A DNA stretch of 53,771 nt. Origin: Macrostomum lignano. Lineage: Eukaryota. The DNA lies in the NCBI GenBank assembly GCA_002269645.1, contig NIVC01000784.1, forward strand, positions 1 to 53,771, given 5' to 3'. Shown here in pieces: positions 15,001 through 28,100 of this stretch; the stretch's first letter is position 1, and every line of letters starts with the position of its first letter. Below the pieces are notes generated by a model. It was not told the origin of the DNA and made no database searches. It saw only the letters and a list, made by a program, of their open reading frames with translations. The translations under genes and the position numbers were made by a program.

Positions 15001-18000
15001 TGAGACATTCCAGGTGCTTAAAAGAGAAATAGTGGGCACATGCAGGTCAGCAAAACCCCATCCAAACCGTACAGAGCAATCTCGTTTTTACATTCAAAAA
15101 TATCTAATGTACCGTACGAGCCTACGAGCGAGCGTGGAAAGCGAATTTTCTGCTTGACTGCACACTTACTCTTGAAGCTCTTGGGCTTCAGTCCGGTTGT
15201 GAAGACGCTGTTCCTCCATGGTCCACCACATTTGGACCTCTTGTCGCCCTTACAGGTGGACCTGGCGCAATCCTTGCTCTTCGCTTTTCCATACCGACCG
15301 ACGGTGTTTCCGCAGGTGCACGCATTGCCGTTTTGCAGACCAAAGTACCTGTAGCCCTTGGCTCGACAATAGCGGAAGCAGTAAGCCTTTGTCGTCTTGT
15401 AGTTGGCAGTGTAAACTACCGGCAAATCCCTGTAGCGATTGTCCTTGAAGCAGCCGACGTACTTCACTCCGGCCGCTGGAAGGTCAGAAGGGCGTCATTT
15501 TAGTTACGACTACGATATTAAAGGCTCCAACTAGATTCAATCGGCTGGCATCGCCCACCTCTCTTGGATTAGTCTAGTCTATAAACCATTGTTCATTGAG
15601 ACATCTATTAGTAGTGCTGCTGGCTAAATGGCTAGATGGCGCAACGAAAAACAGCAGTACACTAGGATTGCTTGGATCTCCAGAAAGCTACAAGCGTAAA
15701 CCTGTTGACAGACTCGGTTACCTTTGCTGGCGACGACAACACCCGTCGCGTAGACATTGTTTCTCCATGCGCCTCCGCAGTAGGTCGACTTGTCTCCTCT
15801 GCACTGTACTCTGCACTCCAAGTTTGATCGGATTCTGTACCTGCCATAGTGGTTGCCGCACCAGCACTGGTAGCCATTTTGCACACCGAAGAAGCGATAT
15901 TTCCTGGCTTTGCACGCCTTGTAGCACTTTGGCACAGTAACTGATCCGGAGAGAACCAGCTTTCTAAGATCTCTGGAGCTCTTGTCCAGATAGCAGCCGA
16001 GATGCTTCAATCCGGGCACTGAAAGCGGTAGCGACAGACTACTACTGTACACATTATTTGCTGTCGTTTATGTAAACAACTTATGAGAAAGGCTCAACTC
16101 TTGGACGCCCACGCTTTCGCTGATGATATTTAATGCATTTAAAGTTTCAAGATGTCAGACTAATTTGCGCACAATTTCAAATTAGCCACCTTATATTGCT
16201 TGAAACTACTCGTATTTATGGAAGGAAGAGAAACGGCGCGCGCAATTAGTGAGGCATCGCATAGTTCTCAACTGAGAGCTGCAAACTAATATAAACACGA
16301 GCTAGGTGGACAAAAAAGCAATCAATTGCGAATCTGTACTGTTGTACTCACGACGAACAGGCTTGCTGCCGATTCCAGTCGAGTAGACAGAGTTTCTCCA
16401 AGAGCCGCCGCAGGTTCGTCTTTTGTCGCCTCTACAGCGCGTTCTGCACTGCTTTGCATTGACTCGGCCAAAGCTGCCATATTTGTTGCCGCAGGTGCAC
16501 GCAGATCCAGCCTGGAGGCCAAAGTACCTGTAGCCGCGAGACTTGCAGTACTTCAGACAGTACGCCTTTGTGGTCCGGTGACCGGCGCCGTGTACAAGGG
16601 GCAAGTCGCGCTTCGAATTGTCGCGGAAGCAGCCAAGTAGGTAACTCCGGAGGCGTGCTCTTCGAGTCCGGTAGCGTACACGTCGTTTCTCCAGGAGCCG
16701 CCACAGTAGGTCGTCTTGTCTCCTCTGCACTGGTAGCGGCACTCGCGTTTGTCGCGTCGGCCGTAGCGACCGTAGTGGTTGCCGCACCAGCACTGTTTTC
16801 CTATCTGAACGCCAAAGAATCGGAATCCCTTTTTCTTGCATAGTCCGTAGCACCTTCCAACAGTCATGCTGCCTTTTCCTCCCACAGTTGGAAGATCGCG
16901 TCTCCGGCCGTCAACAAAGCAGCCAATGTGAGACATTCCAGGTGCTTAAAAGAGAAATAGTGGGCACATGCAGGTCAGCAAAACCCCATCCAAACCGTAC
17001 AGAGCAATCTCGTTTTATACATTCAAAAATATCTAATGTACCGTACGAGCCTACGAGCGAGCGTGGAAAGCGAATTTTCTGCTTGACTGCACACTTACTC
17101 TTGAAGCTCTTGGGCTTCAGTCCGGTTGTGAAGACGCTGTTCCTCCATGGTCCACCACATTTGGACCTCTTGTCGCCCTTACAGGTGGACCTGGCGCAAT
17201 CCTTGCTCTTCGCTTTTCCATACCGACCGACGGTGTTTCCGCAGGTGCACGCATTGCCGTTTTGCAGACCAAAGTACCTGTAGCCCTTGGCTCGACAATA
17301 GCGGAAGCAGTAAGCCTTTGTCGTCTTGTAGTTGGCAGTGTAAACTACCGGCAAATCCCTGTAGCGATTGTCCTTGAAGCAGCCGACGTACTTCACTCCG
17401 GCCGCTGGAAGGTCAGAAGGGCGTCATTTTAGTTACGACTACGATATTAAAGGCTCCAACTAGATTCAATCGGCTGGCATCGCCCACCTCTCTTGGATTA
17501 GTCTAGTCTATAAACCATTGTTCATTGAGACATCTATTAGTAGTGCTGCTGGCTAAATGGCTAGATGGCGCAACGAAAAACAGCAGTACACTAGGATTGC
17601 TTGGATCTCCAGAAAGCTACAAGCGTAAACCTGTTGACAGACTCGGTTACCTTTGCTGGCGACGACAACACCCGTCGCGTAGACATTGTTTCTCCACGCG
17701 CCTCCGCAGTAGGTCGACTTGTCTCCTCTGCACTGTACTCTGCACTCCAAGTTTGATCGGATTCTGTACCTGCCATAGTGGTTGCCGCACCAGCACTGGT
17801 AGCCATTTTGCACACCGAAGAAGCGATATTTCCTGGCTTTGCACGCCTTGTAGCACTTTGGCACAGTAACTGATCCGGAGAGAACCAGCTTTCTAAGATC
17901 TCTGGAGCTCTTGTCCAGATAGCAGCCGAGATGCTTCAATCCGGGCACTGAAAGCGGTAGCGACAGACTACTACTGTACACATTATTTGCTGTCGTTTAT

Positions 18001-21000
18001 GTAAACAACTTATGAGAAAGGCTCAACTCTTGGACGCCCACGCTCTCGCTGATGATATTTAATGCATTTAAAGTTTCAAGATGTCAGACTAATTTGCGCA
18101 CAATTTCAAATAGCCACCTTATATTGCTTGAAACTACTCGTATTTATGGAAGGAAGAGAAACGGCGCGCGCAATTAGTGAGGCATCGCATAGTTCTCAAC
18201 TGAGAGCTGCAAACTAATATAAACACGAGCTAGGTGGACAAAAAAGCAATCAATTGCGAATCTGTACTGTTGTACTCACGACGAACAGGCTTGCTGCCGA
18301 TTCCAGTCGAGTAGACAGAGTTTCTCCAAGAGCCGCCGCAGGTTCGTCTTTTGTCGCCTCTACAGCGCGTTCTGCACTGCTTTGCATTGACTCGGCCAAA
18401 GCTGCCATATTTGTTGCCGCAGGTGCACGCAGATCCAGCCTGGAGGCCAAAGTACCTGTAGCCGCGAGACTTGCAGTACTTCAGACAGTACGCCTTTGTG
18501 GTCCGGTGACCGGCGCCGTGTACAAGGGGCAAGTCGCGCTTCGAATTGTCGCGGAAGCAGCCAAGTAGGGTAACTCCGGAGGCGTGCTCTTCGAGTCCGG
18601 TAGCGTACACGTCGTTTCTCCAGGAGCCGCCACAGTAGGTCGTCTTGTCTCCTCTGCACTGGTAGCGGCACTCGCGTTTGTCGCGTCGGCCGTAGCGACC
18701 GTAGTGGTTGCCGCACCAGCACTGTTTTCCTATCTGAACGCCAAAGAATCGGAATCCCTTTTTCTTGCACAGTCCGTAGCACCTTCCAACAGTTATGCTG
18801 CCTTTTCCTCCCACAGTTGGAAGATCGCGCCTCCGGCCGTCAACAAAGCAGCCAATGTGAGACATTCCAGGTGCTTAAAAAAGAAATAGTGGGCACACGC
18901 AGGTCAGTAAAACCCCAGCTGGTTGGCTCCTAATCCAAGACACGGACAGAGCCAGCCCGTTGAAATTTTTTATATATGTCTATAACTTGGGTGTCTTTGG
19001 TCTTCTGATCTCTCACTACTAAGCTCAATAATAACTTCAATTACCAATGTGAGAGCCAAATAACTAAGGCGGCGGATTCGACTAACTTTTCCTGATGATG
19101 CAATCAATTGATGTTAACTTACTGACCGTTGTATTGTATTTGGTGTTCGCAATCTCGAGATTAACTCAAGTCTATGGTAGGTTCTAATTGTTCGGGGGAA
19201 CCGAAGGTTCAGTCTGTTGTAGGGAAAGGATGTCTACTTTTCATTAGCTAAGACTGGGATCGTGTGCTCAGCTTTTGCTTGCTGGAGCGCGTTCATTGGT
19301 TGGAAATACATTCAAACTGGATTGAAACTTTCAGGGCCAAAATGTATCACTTCACCGTTTTACTTTACAAAATGTCTTATGTACCCTACGAGCCTACGAG
19401 CGAGCGTGGAAAGCGAATTTTCCGTTTGACTGCACACTTACTCTTGAAGCTCTTGGGCTTCAGTCCGGTTGTGAAGACACTGTTCCTCCATGGTCCACCA
19501 CATTTGGACCTCTTGTCGCCCTTACAGGTGGACCTGGCGCAATCCTTGCTCGACGCTCTTCCATACCGACCGACGGTGTTTCCGCAGGTGCACGCATTGC
19601 CGTTTTGCAGACCAAAGTACCTGTAGCCCTTGGCTCGACAATAGCGGAAGCAGTAAGCCTTTGTCGTCTTGTAGTTGGCAGTGTAAACTACCGGCAAATC
19701 CCTGTAGCGATTGTCCTTAAAGCAGCCGACGTACTTCACTCCGGCCGCTGGAAGGTCAGAAGGGCGTCATTTTAGTTACGACTACGAATATTAAAGGCTC
19801 CAACTAGATTCAATCGGCTGGCATCGCCCACCTCTCTTGGATTAGTCTAGTCTATAAACCATTGTTCATTGAGACATCTATTAGTAGTGCTGCTGGCTAA
19901 CTGGCTAGATGGCGCAACGAAAAACAGCAGTACACTAGGATTGCTTGGATCTCCAGAAAGCTACAAGCGTAAACCTGTTGACAGACTCGGTTACCTTTGC
20001 TGGCGACGACAACACCCGTTGCGTACACGTCGTTTCTCCAGGAGCCGCCACAGTAGGTCGTCTTGTCTCCTCTGCACTGGTAGCGGCACTCGCGTTTGTC
20101 GCGTCGGCCGTAGCGACCGTAGTGGTTGCCGCACCAGCACTGTTTTCCTATCTGAACGCCAAAGAATCGGAATCCCTTTTTCTTGCATAGTCCGTAGCAC
20201 CTTCCAACAGTCATGCTGCCTTTTCCTCCCACAGTTGGAAGATCGCGTCTCCGGCCGTCAACAAAGCAGCCAATGTGAGACATTCCAGGTGCTTAAAAGA
20301 GAAATAGTGGGCACATGCAGGTCAGCAAAACCCCATCCAAACCGTACAGAGCAATCTCGTTTTTATACATTCAAAAATATCTAATGTACCGTACGAGCCT
20401 ACGAGCGAGCGTGGAAAGCGAATTTTCTGCTTGACTGCACACTTACTCTTGAAGCTCTTGGGCTTCAGTCCGGTTGTGAAGACGCTGTTCCTCCATGGTC
20501 CACCACATTTGGACCTCTTGTCGCCCTTACAGGTGGACCTGGCGCAATCCTTGCTCTTCGCTTTTCCATACCGACCGACGGTGTTTCCGCAGGTGCACGC
20601 ATTGCCGTTTTGCAGACCAAAGTACCTGTAGCCCTTGGCTCGACAATAGCGGAAGCAGTAAGCCTTTGTCGTCTTGTAGTTGGCAGTGTAAACTACCGGC
20701 AAATCCCTGTAGCGATTGTCCTTGAAGCAGCCGACGTACTTCACTCCGGCCGCTGGAAGGTCAGAAGGGCGTCATTTTAGTTACGACTACGATATTAAAG
20801 GCTCCAACTAGATTCAATCGGCTGGCATCGCCCACCTCTCTTGGATTAGTCTAGTCTATAAACCATTGTTCATTGAGACATCTATTAGTAGTGCTGCTGG
20901 CTAAATGGCTAGATGGCGCAACGAAAAACAGCAGTACACTAGGATTGCTTGGATCTCCAGAAAGCTACAAGCGTAAACCTGTTGACAGACTCGGTTACCT

Positions 21001-24000
21001 TTGCTGGCGACGACAACACCCGTCGCGTAGACATTGTTTCTCCACGCGCCTCCGCAGTAGGTCGACTTGTCTCCTCTGCACTGTACTCTGCACTCCAAGT
21101 TTGATCGGATTCTGTACCTGCCATAGTGGTTGCCGCACCAGCACTGGTAGCCATTTTGCACACCGAAGAAGCGATATTTCCTGGCTTTGCACGCCTTGTA
21201 GCACTTTGGCACAGTAACTGATCCGGAGAGAACCAGCTTTCTAAGATCTCTGGAGCTCTTGTCCAGATAGCAGCCGAGATGCTTCAATCCGGGCACTGAA
21301 AGCGGTAGCGACAGACTACTACTGTACACATTATTTGCTGTCGTTTATGTAAACAACTTATGAGAAAGGCTCAACTCTTGGACGCCCACGCTTTCGCTGA
21401 TGATATTTAATGCATTTAAAGTTTCAAGATGTCAGACTAATTTGCGCACAATTTCAAATTAGCCACCTTATATTGCTTGAAACTACTCGTATTTATGGAA
21501 GGAAGAGAAACGGCGCGCGCAATTAGTGAGGCATCGCATAGTTCTCAACTGAGAGCTGCAAACTAATATAAACACGAGCTAGGTGGACAAAAAAGCAATC
21601 AATTGCGAATCTGTACTGTTGTACTCACGACGAACAGGCTTGCTGCCGATTCCAGTCGAGTAGACAGAGTTTCTCCAAGAGCCGCCGCAGGTTCGTCTTT
21701 TGTCGCCTCTACAGCGCGTTCTGCACTGCTTTGCATTGACTCGGCCAAAGCTGCCATATTTGTTGCCGCAGGTGCACGCAGATCCAGCCTGGAGGCCAAA
21801 GTACCTGTAGCCGCGAGACTTGCAGTACTTCAGACAGTACGCCTTTGTGGTCCGGTGACCGGCGCCGTGTACAAGGGGCAAGTCGCGCTTCGAATTGTCG
21901 CGGAAGCAGCCAAGTAGGGTAACTCCGGAGGCGTGCTCTTCGAGTCCGGTAGCGTACACGTCGTTTCTCCAGGAGCCGCCACAGTAGGTCGTCTTGTCTC
22001 CTCTGCACTGGTAGCGGCACTCGCGTTTGTCGCGTCGGCCGTAGCGACCGTAGTGGTTGCCGCACCAGCACTGTTTTCCTATCTGAACGCCAAAGAATCG
22101 GAATCCCTTTTTCTTGCATAGTCCGTAGCACCTTCCAACAGTCATGCTGCCTTTTCCTCCCACAGTTGGAAGATCGCGTCTCCGGCCGTCAACAAAGCAG
22201 CCAATGTGAGACATTCCAGGTGCTTAAAAGAGAAATAGTGGGCACATGCAGGTCAGCAAAACCCCATCCAAACCGTACAGAGCAATCTCGTTTTATACAT
22301 TCAAAAATATCTAATGTACCGTACGAGCCTACGAGCGAGCGTGGAAAGCGAATTTTCTGCTTGACTGCACACTTACTCTTGAAGCTCTTGGGCTTCAGTC
22401 CGGTTGTGAAGACGCTGTTCCTCCATGGTCCACCACATTTGGACCTCTTGTCGCCCTTACAGGTGGACCTGGCGCAATCCTTGCTCTTCGCTTTTCCATA
22501 CCGACCGACGGTGTTTCCGCAGGTGCACGCATTGCCGTTTTGCAGACCAAAGTACCTGTAGCCCTTGGCTCGACAATAGCGGAAGCAGTAAGCCTTTGTC
22601 GTCTTGTAGTTGGCAGTGTAAACTACCGGCAAATCCCTGTAGCGATTGTCCTTGAAGCAGCCGACGTACTTCACTCCGGCCGCTGGAAGGTCAGAAGGGC
22701 GTCATTTTAGTTACGACTACGATATTAAAGGCTCCAACTAGATTCAATCGGCTGGCATCGCCCACCTCTCTTGGATTAGTCTAGTCTATAAACCATTGTT
22801 CATTGAGACATCTATTAGTAGTGCTGCTGGCTAAATGGCTAGATGGCGCAACGAAAAACAGCAGTACACTAGGATTGCTTGGATCTCCAGAAAGCTACAA
22901 GCGTAAACCTGTTGACAGACTCGGTTACCTTTGCTGGCGACGACAACACCCGTCGCGTAGACATTGTTTCTCCACGCGCCTCCGCAGTAGGTCGACTTGT
23001 CTCCTCTGCACTGTACTCTGCACTCCAAGTTTGATCGGATTCTGTACCTGCCATAGTGGTTGCCGCACCAGCACTGGTAGCCATTTTGCACACCGAAGAA
23101 GCGATATTTCCTGGCTTTGCACGCCTTGTAGCACTTTGGCACAGTAACTGATCCGGAGAGAACCAGCTTTCTAAGATCTCTGGAGCTCTTGTCCAGATAG
23201 CAGCCGAGATGCTTCAATCCGGGCACTGAAAGCGGTAGCGACAGACTACTACTGTACACATTATTTGCTGTCGTTTATGTAAACAACTTATGAGAAAGGC
23301 TCAACTCTTGGACGCCCACGCTCTCGCTGATGATATTTAATGCATTTAAAGTTTCAAGATGTCAGACTAATTTGCGCACAATTTCAAAATAGCCACCTTA
23401 TATTGCTTGAAACTACTCGTATTTATGGAAGGAAGAGAAACGGCGCGCGCAATTAGTGAGGCATCGCATAGTTCTCAACTGAGAGCTGCAAACTAATATA
23501 AACACGAGCTAGGTGGACAAAAAAGCAATCAATTGCGAATCTGTACTGTTGTACTCACGACGAACAGGCTTGCTGCCGATTCCAGTCGAGTAGACAGAGT
23601 TTCTCCAAGAGCCGCCGCAGGTTCGTCTTTTGTCGCCTCTACAGCGCGTTCTGCACTGCTTTGCATTGACTCGGCCAAAGCTGCCATATTTGTTGCCGCA
23701 GGTGCACGCAGATCCAGCCTGGAGGCCAAAGTACCTGTAGCCGCGAGACTTGCAGTACTTCAGACAGTACGCCTTTGTGGTCCGGTGACCGGCGCCGTGT
23801 ACAAGGGGCAAGTCGCGCTTCGAATTGTCGCGGAAGCAGCCAAGTAGGGTAACTCCGGAGGCGTGCTCTTCGAGTCCGGTAGCGTACACGTCGTTTCTCC
23901 AGGAGCCGCCACAGTAGGTCGTCTTGTCTCCTCTGCACTGGTAGCGGCACTCGCGTTTGTCGCGTCGGCCGTAGCGACCGTAGTGGTTGCCGCACCAGCA

Positions 24001-25165
24001 CTGTTTTCCTATCTGAACGCCAAAGAATCGGAATCCCTTTTTCTTGCACAGTCCGTAGCACCTTCCAACAGTTATGCTGCCTTTTCCTCCCACAGTTGGA
24101 AGATCGCGCCTCCGGCCGTCAACAAAGCAGCCAATGTGAGACATTCCAGGTGCTTAAAAAAGAAATAGTGGGCACACGCAGGTCAGTAAAACCCCAGCTG
24201 GTTGGCTCCTAATCCAAGACACGGACAGAGCCAGCCCGTTGAAATTTTTTATATATGTCTATAACTTGGGTGTCTTTGGTCTTCTGATCTCTCACTACTA
24301 AGCTCAATAATAACTTCAATTACCAATGTGAGAGCCAAATAACTAAGGCGGCGGATTCGACTAACTTTTCCTGATGATGCAATCAATTGATGTTAACTTA
24401 CTGACCGTTGTATTGTATTTGGTGTTCGCAATCTCGAGATTAACTCAAGTCTATGGTAGGTTCTAATTGTTCGGGGGAACCGAAGGTTCAGTCTGTTGTA
24501 GGGAAAGGATGTCTACTTTTCATTAGCTAAGACTGGGATCGTGTGCTCAGCTTTTGCTTGCTGGAGCGCGTTCATTGGTTGGAAATACATTCAAACTGGA
24601 TTGAAACTTTCAGGGCCAAAATGTATCACTTCACCGTTTTACTTTACAAAATGTCTTATGTACCCTACGAGCCTACGAGCGAGCGTGGAAAGCGAATTTT
24701 CTGCTTGACTGCACACTTACTCTTGAAGCTCTTGGGCTTCAGTCCGGTTGTGAAGACGCTGTTCCTCCATGGTCCACCACATTTGGACCTCTTGTCGCCC
24801 TTACAGGTGGACCTGGCGCAATCCTTGCTCGACGCTTTTCCATACCGACCGACGGTGTTTCCGCAGGTGCACGCATTGCCGTTTTGCAGACCAAAGTACC
24901 TGTAGCCCTTGGCTCGACAATAGCGGAAGCAGTAAGCCTTTGTCGTCTTGTAGTTGGCAGTGTAAACTACCGGCAAATCCCTGTAGCGATTGTCCTTGAA
25001 GCAGCCGACGTACTTCACTCCGGCCGCTGGAAGGTCAGAAGGGCGTCATTTTAGTTACGACTACGATATTAAAGGCTCCAACTAGATTCAATCGGCTGGC
25101 ATCGCCCACCTCTCTTGGATTAGTCTAGTCTATAAACCATTGTTCATTGAGACATCTATTAGTAG
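1..25165 (-). repeat. Higher-order repeat block: AL-D-B-AS-D-B-AS-C (~5.28 kb) x3, one 7.2-kb variant with an extra AS-D-B, and a partial unit
   Basis: Unit boundaries at 25165, 19887, 14612, 9337 and 2135 (lengths 5278, 5275, 5275, 7202). AL and AS are exon A followed by the long (~568 nt) or short (~154 nt) intron. Confidence 0.9.
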
Positions 25166-28100
25166 TGCTGCTGGCTAAATGGCTAGATGGCGCAACGAAA
25201 AACAGCAGTACACTAGGATTGCTTGGATCTCCAGAAAGCTACAAGCGTAAACCTGTTGACAGACTCGGTTACCTTTGCTGGCGACGACAACACCCGTCGC
25301 GTAGACATTGTTTCTCCACGCGCCTCCGCAGTAGGTCGACTTGTCTCCTCTGCACTGTACTCTGCACTCCAAGTTTGATCGGATTCTGTACCTGCCATAG
25401 TGGTTGCCGCACCAGCACTGGTAGCCATTTTGCACACCGAAGAAGCGATATTTCCTGGCTTTGCACGCCTTGTAGCACTTTGGCACAGTAACTGATCCGG
25501 AGAGAACCAGCTTTCTAAGATCTCTGGAGCTCTTGTCCAGATAGCAGCCGAGATGCTTCAATCCGGGCACTGAAAGCGGTAGCGACAGACTACTACTGTA
25601 CACATTATTTGCTGTCGTTTATGTAAACAACTTATGAGAAAGGCTCAACTCTTGGACGCCCACGCTCGCTGATGATATTTAATGCATTTAAAGTTTCAAG
25701 ATGTCAGACTAATTTGCGCACAATTTCAAAATAGCCACCTTATATTGCTTGAAACTACTCGTATTTATGGAAGGAAAGAAACGGCGCGCGCAATTAGTGA
25801 GGCATCGCATAGTTCTCAACTGAGAGCTGCAAACTAATATAAACACGAGCTAGGTGGACAAAAAAGCAATCAATTGCGAATCTGTACTGTTGTACTCACG
25901 ACGAACAGGCTTGCTGCCGATTCCAGTCGAGTAGACAGAGTTTCTCCAAGAGCCGCCGCAGGTTCGTCTTTTGTCGCCTCTACAGCGCGTTCTGCACTGC
26001 TTTGCATTGACTCGGCCAAAGCTGCCATATTTGTTGCCGCAGGTGCACGCAGATCCAGCCTGGAGGCCAAAGTACCTGTAGCCGCGAGACTTGCAGTACT
26101 TCAGACAGTACGCCTTTGTGGTCCGGTGACCGGCGCCGTGTACAAGGGGCAAGTCGCGCTTCGAATTGTCGCGGAAGCAGCCAAGTAGGGTAACTCCGGA
26201 GGCGTGCTCTTCGAGTCCGGTAGCGTACACGTCGTTTCTCCAGGAGCCGCCACAGTAGGTCGTCTTGTCTCCTCTGCACTGGTAGCGGCACTCGCGTTTG
26301 TCGCGTCGGCCGTAGCGACCGTAGTGGTTGCCGCACCAGCACTGTTTTCCTATCTGAACGCCAAAGAATCGGAATCCCTTTTTCTTGCACAGTCCGTAGC
26401 ACCTTCCAACAGTTATGCTGCCTTTTCCTCCCACAGTTGGAAGATCGCGCCTCCGGCCGTCAACAAAGCAGCCAATGTGAGACATTCCAGGTGCTTAAAA
26501 AAGAAATAGTGGGCACACGCAGGTCAGTAAAACCCCAGCTGGTTGGCTCCTAATCCAAGACACGGACAGAGCCAGCCCGTTGAAATTTTTTATATATGTC
26601 TATAACTTGGGTGTCTTTGGTCTTCTGATCTCTCACTACTAAGCTCAATAATAACTTCAATTACCAATGTGAGAGCCAAATAACTAAGGCGGCGGATTCG
26701 ACTAACTTTTCCTGATGATGCAATCAATTGATGTTAACTTACTGACCGTTGTATTGTATTTGGTGTTCGCAATCTCGAGATTAACTCAAGTCTATGGTAG
26801 GTTCTAATTGTTCGGGGGAACCGAAGGTTCAGTCTGTTGTAGGGAAAGGATGTCTACTTTTCATTAGCTAAGACTGGGATCGTGTGCTCAGCTTTTGCTT
26901 GCTGGAGCGCGTTCATTGGTTGGAAATACATTCAAACTGGATTGAAACTTTCAGGGCCAAAATGTATCACTTCACCGTTTTACTTTACAAAATGTCTTAT
27001 GTACCCTACGAGCCTACGAGCGAGCGTGGAAAGCGAATTTTCTGCTTGACTGCACACTTACTCTTGAAGCTCTTGGGCTTCAGTCCGGTTGTGAAGACGC
27101 TGTTCCTCCATGGTCCACCACATTTGGACCTCTTGTCGCCCTTACAGGTGGACCTGGCGCAATCCTTGCTCGACGCTTTCCATACCGACCGACGGTGTTT
27201 CCGCAGGTGCACGCATTGCCGTTTTGCAGACCAAAGTACCTGTAGCCCTTGGCTCGACAATAGCGGAAGCAGTAAGCCTTTGTCGTCTTGTAGTTGGCAG
27301 TGTAAACTACCGGCAAATCCCTGTAGCGATTGTCCTTGAAGCAGCCGACGTACTTCACTCCGGCCGCTGGAAGGTCAGAAGGGCGTCATTTTAGTTACGA
27401 CTACGAATATTAAAGGCTCCAACTAGATTCAATCGGCTGGCATCGCCCACCTCTCTTGGATTAGTCTAGTCTATAAACCATTGTTCATTGAGACATCTAT
27501 TAGTAGTGCTGCTGGCTAAATGGCTAGATGGCGCAACGAAAAACAGCAGTACACTAGGATTGCTTGGATCTCCAGAAAGCTACAAGCGTAAACCTGTTGA
27601 CAGACTCGGTTACCTTTGCTGGCGACGACAACACCCGTCGCGTAGACATTGTTTCTCCACGCGCCTCCGCAGTAGGTCGACTTGTCTCCTCTGCACTGTA
27701 CTCTGCACTCCAAGTTTGATCGGATTCTGTACCTGCCATAGTGGTTGCCGCACCAGCACTGGTAGCCATTTTGCACACCGAAGAAGCGATATTTCCTGGC
27801 TTTGCACGCCTTGTAGCACTTTGGCACAGTAACTGATCCGGAGAGAACCAGCTTTCTAAGATCTCTGGAGCTCTTGTCCAGATAGCAGCCGAGATGCTTC
27901 AATCCGGGCACTGAAAGCGGTAGCGACAGACTACTACTGTACACATTATTTGCTGTCGTTTATGTAAACAACTTATGAGAAAGGCTCAACTCTTGGACGC
28001 CCACGCTCTCGCTGATGATATTTAATGCATTTAAAGTTTCAAGATGTCAGACTAATTTGCGCACAATTTCAAAATAGCCACCTTATATTGCTTGAAACTA

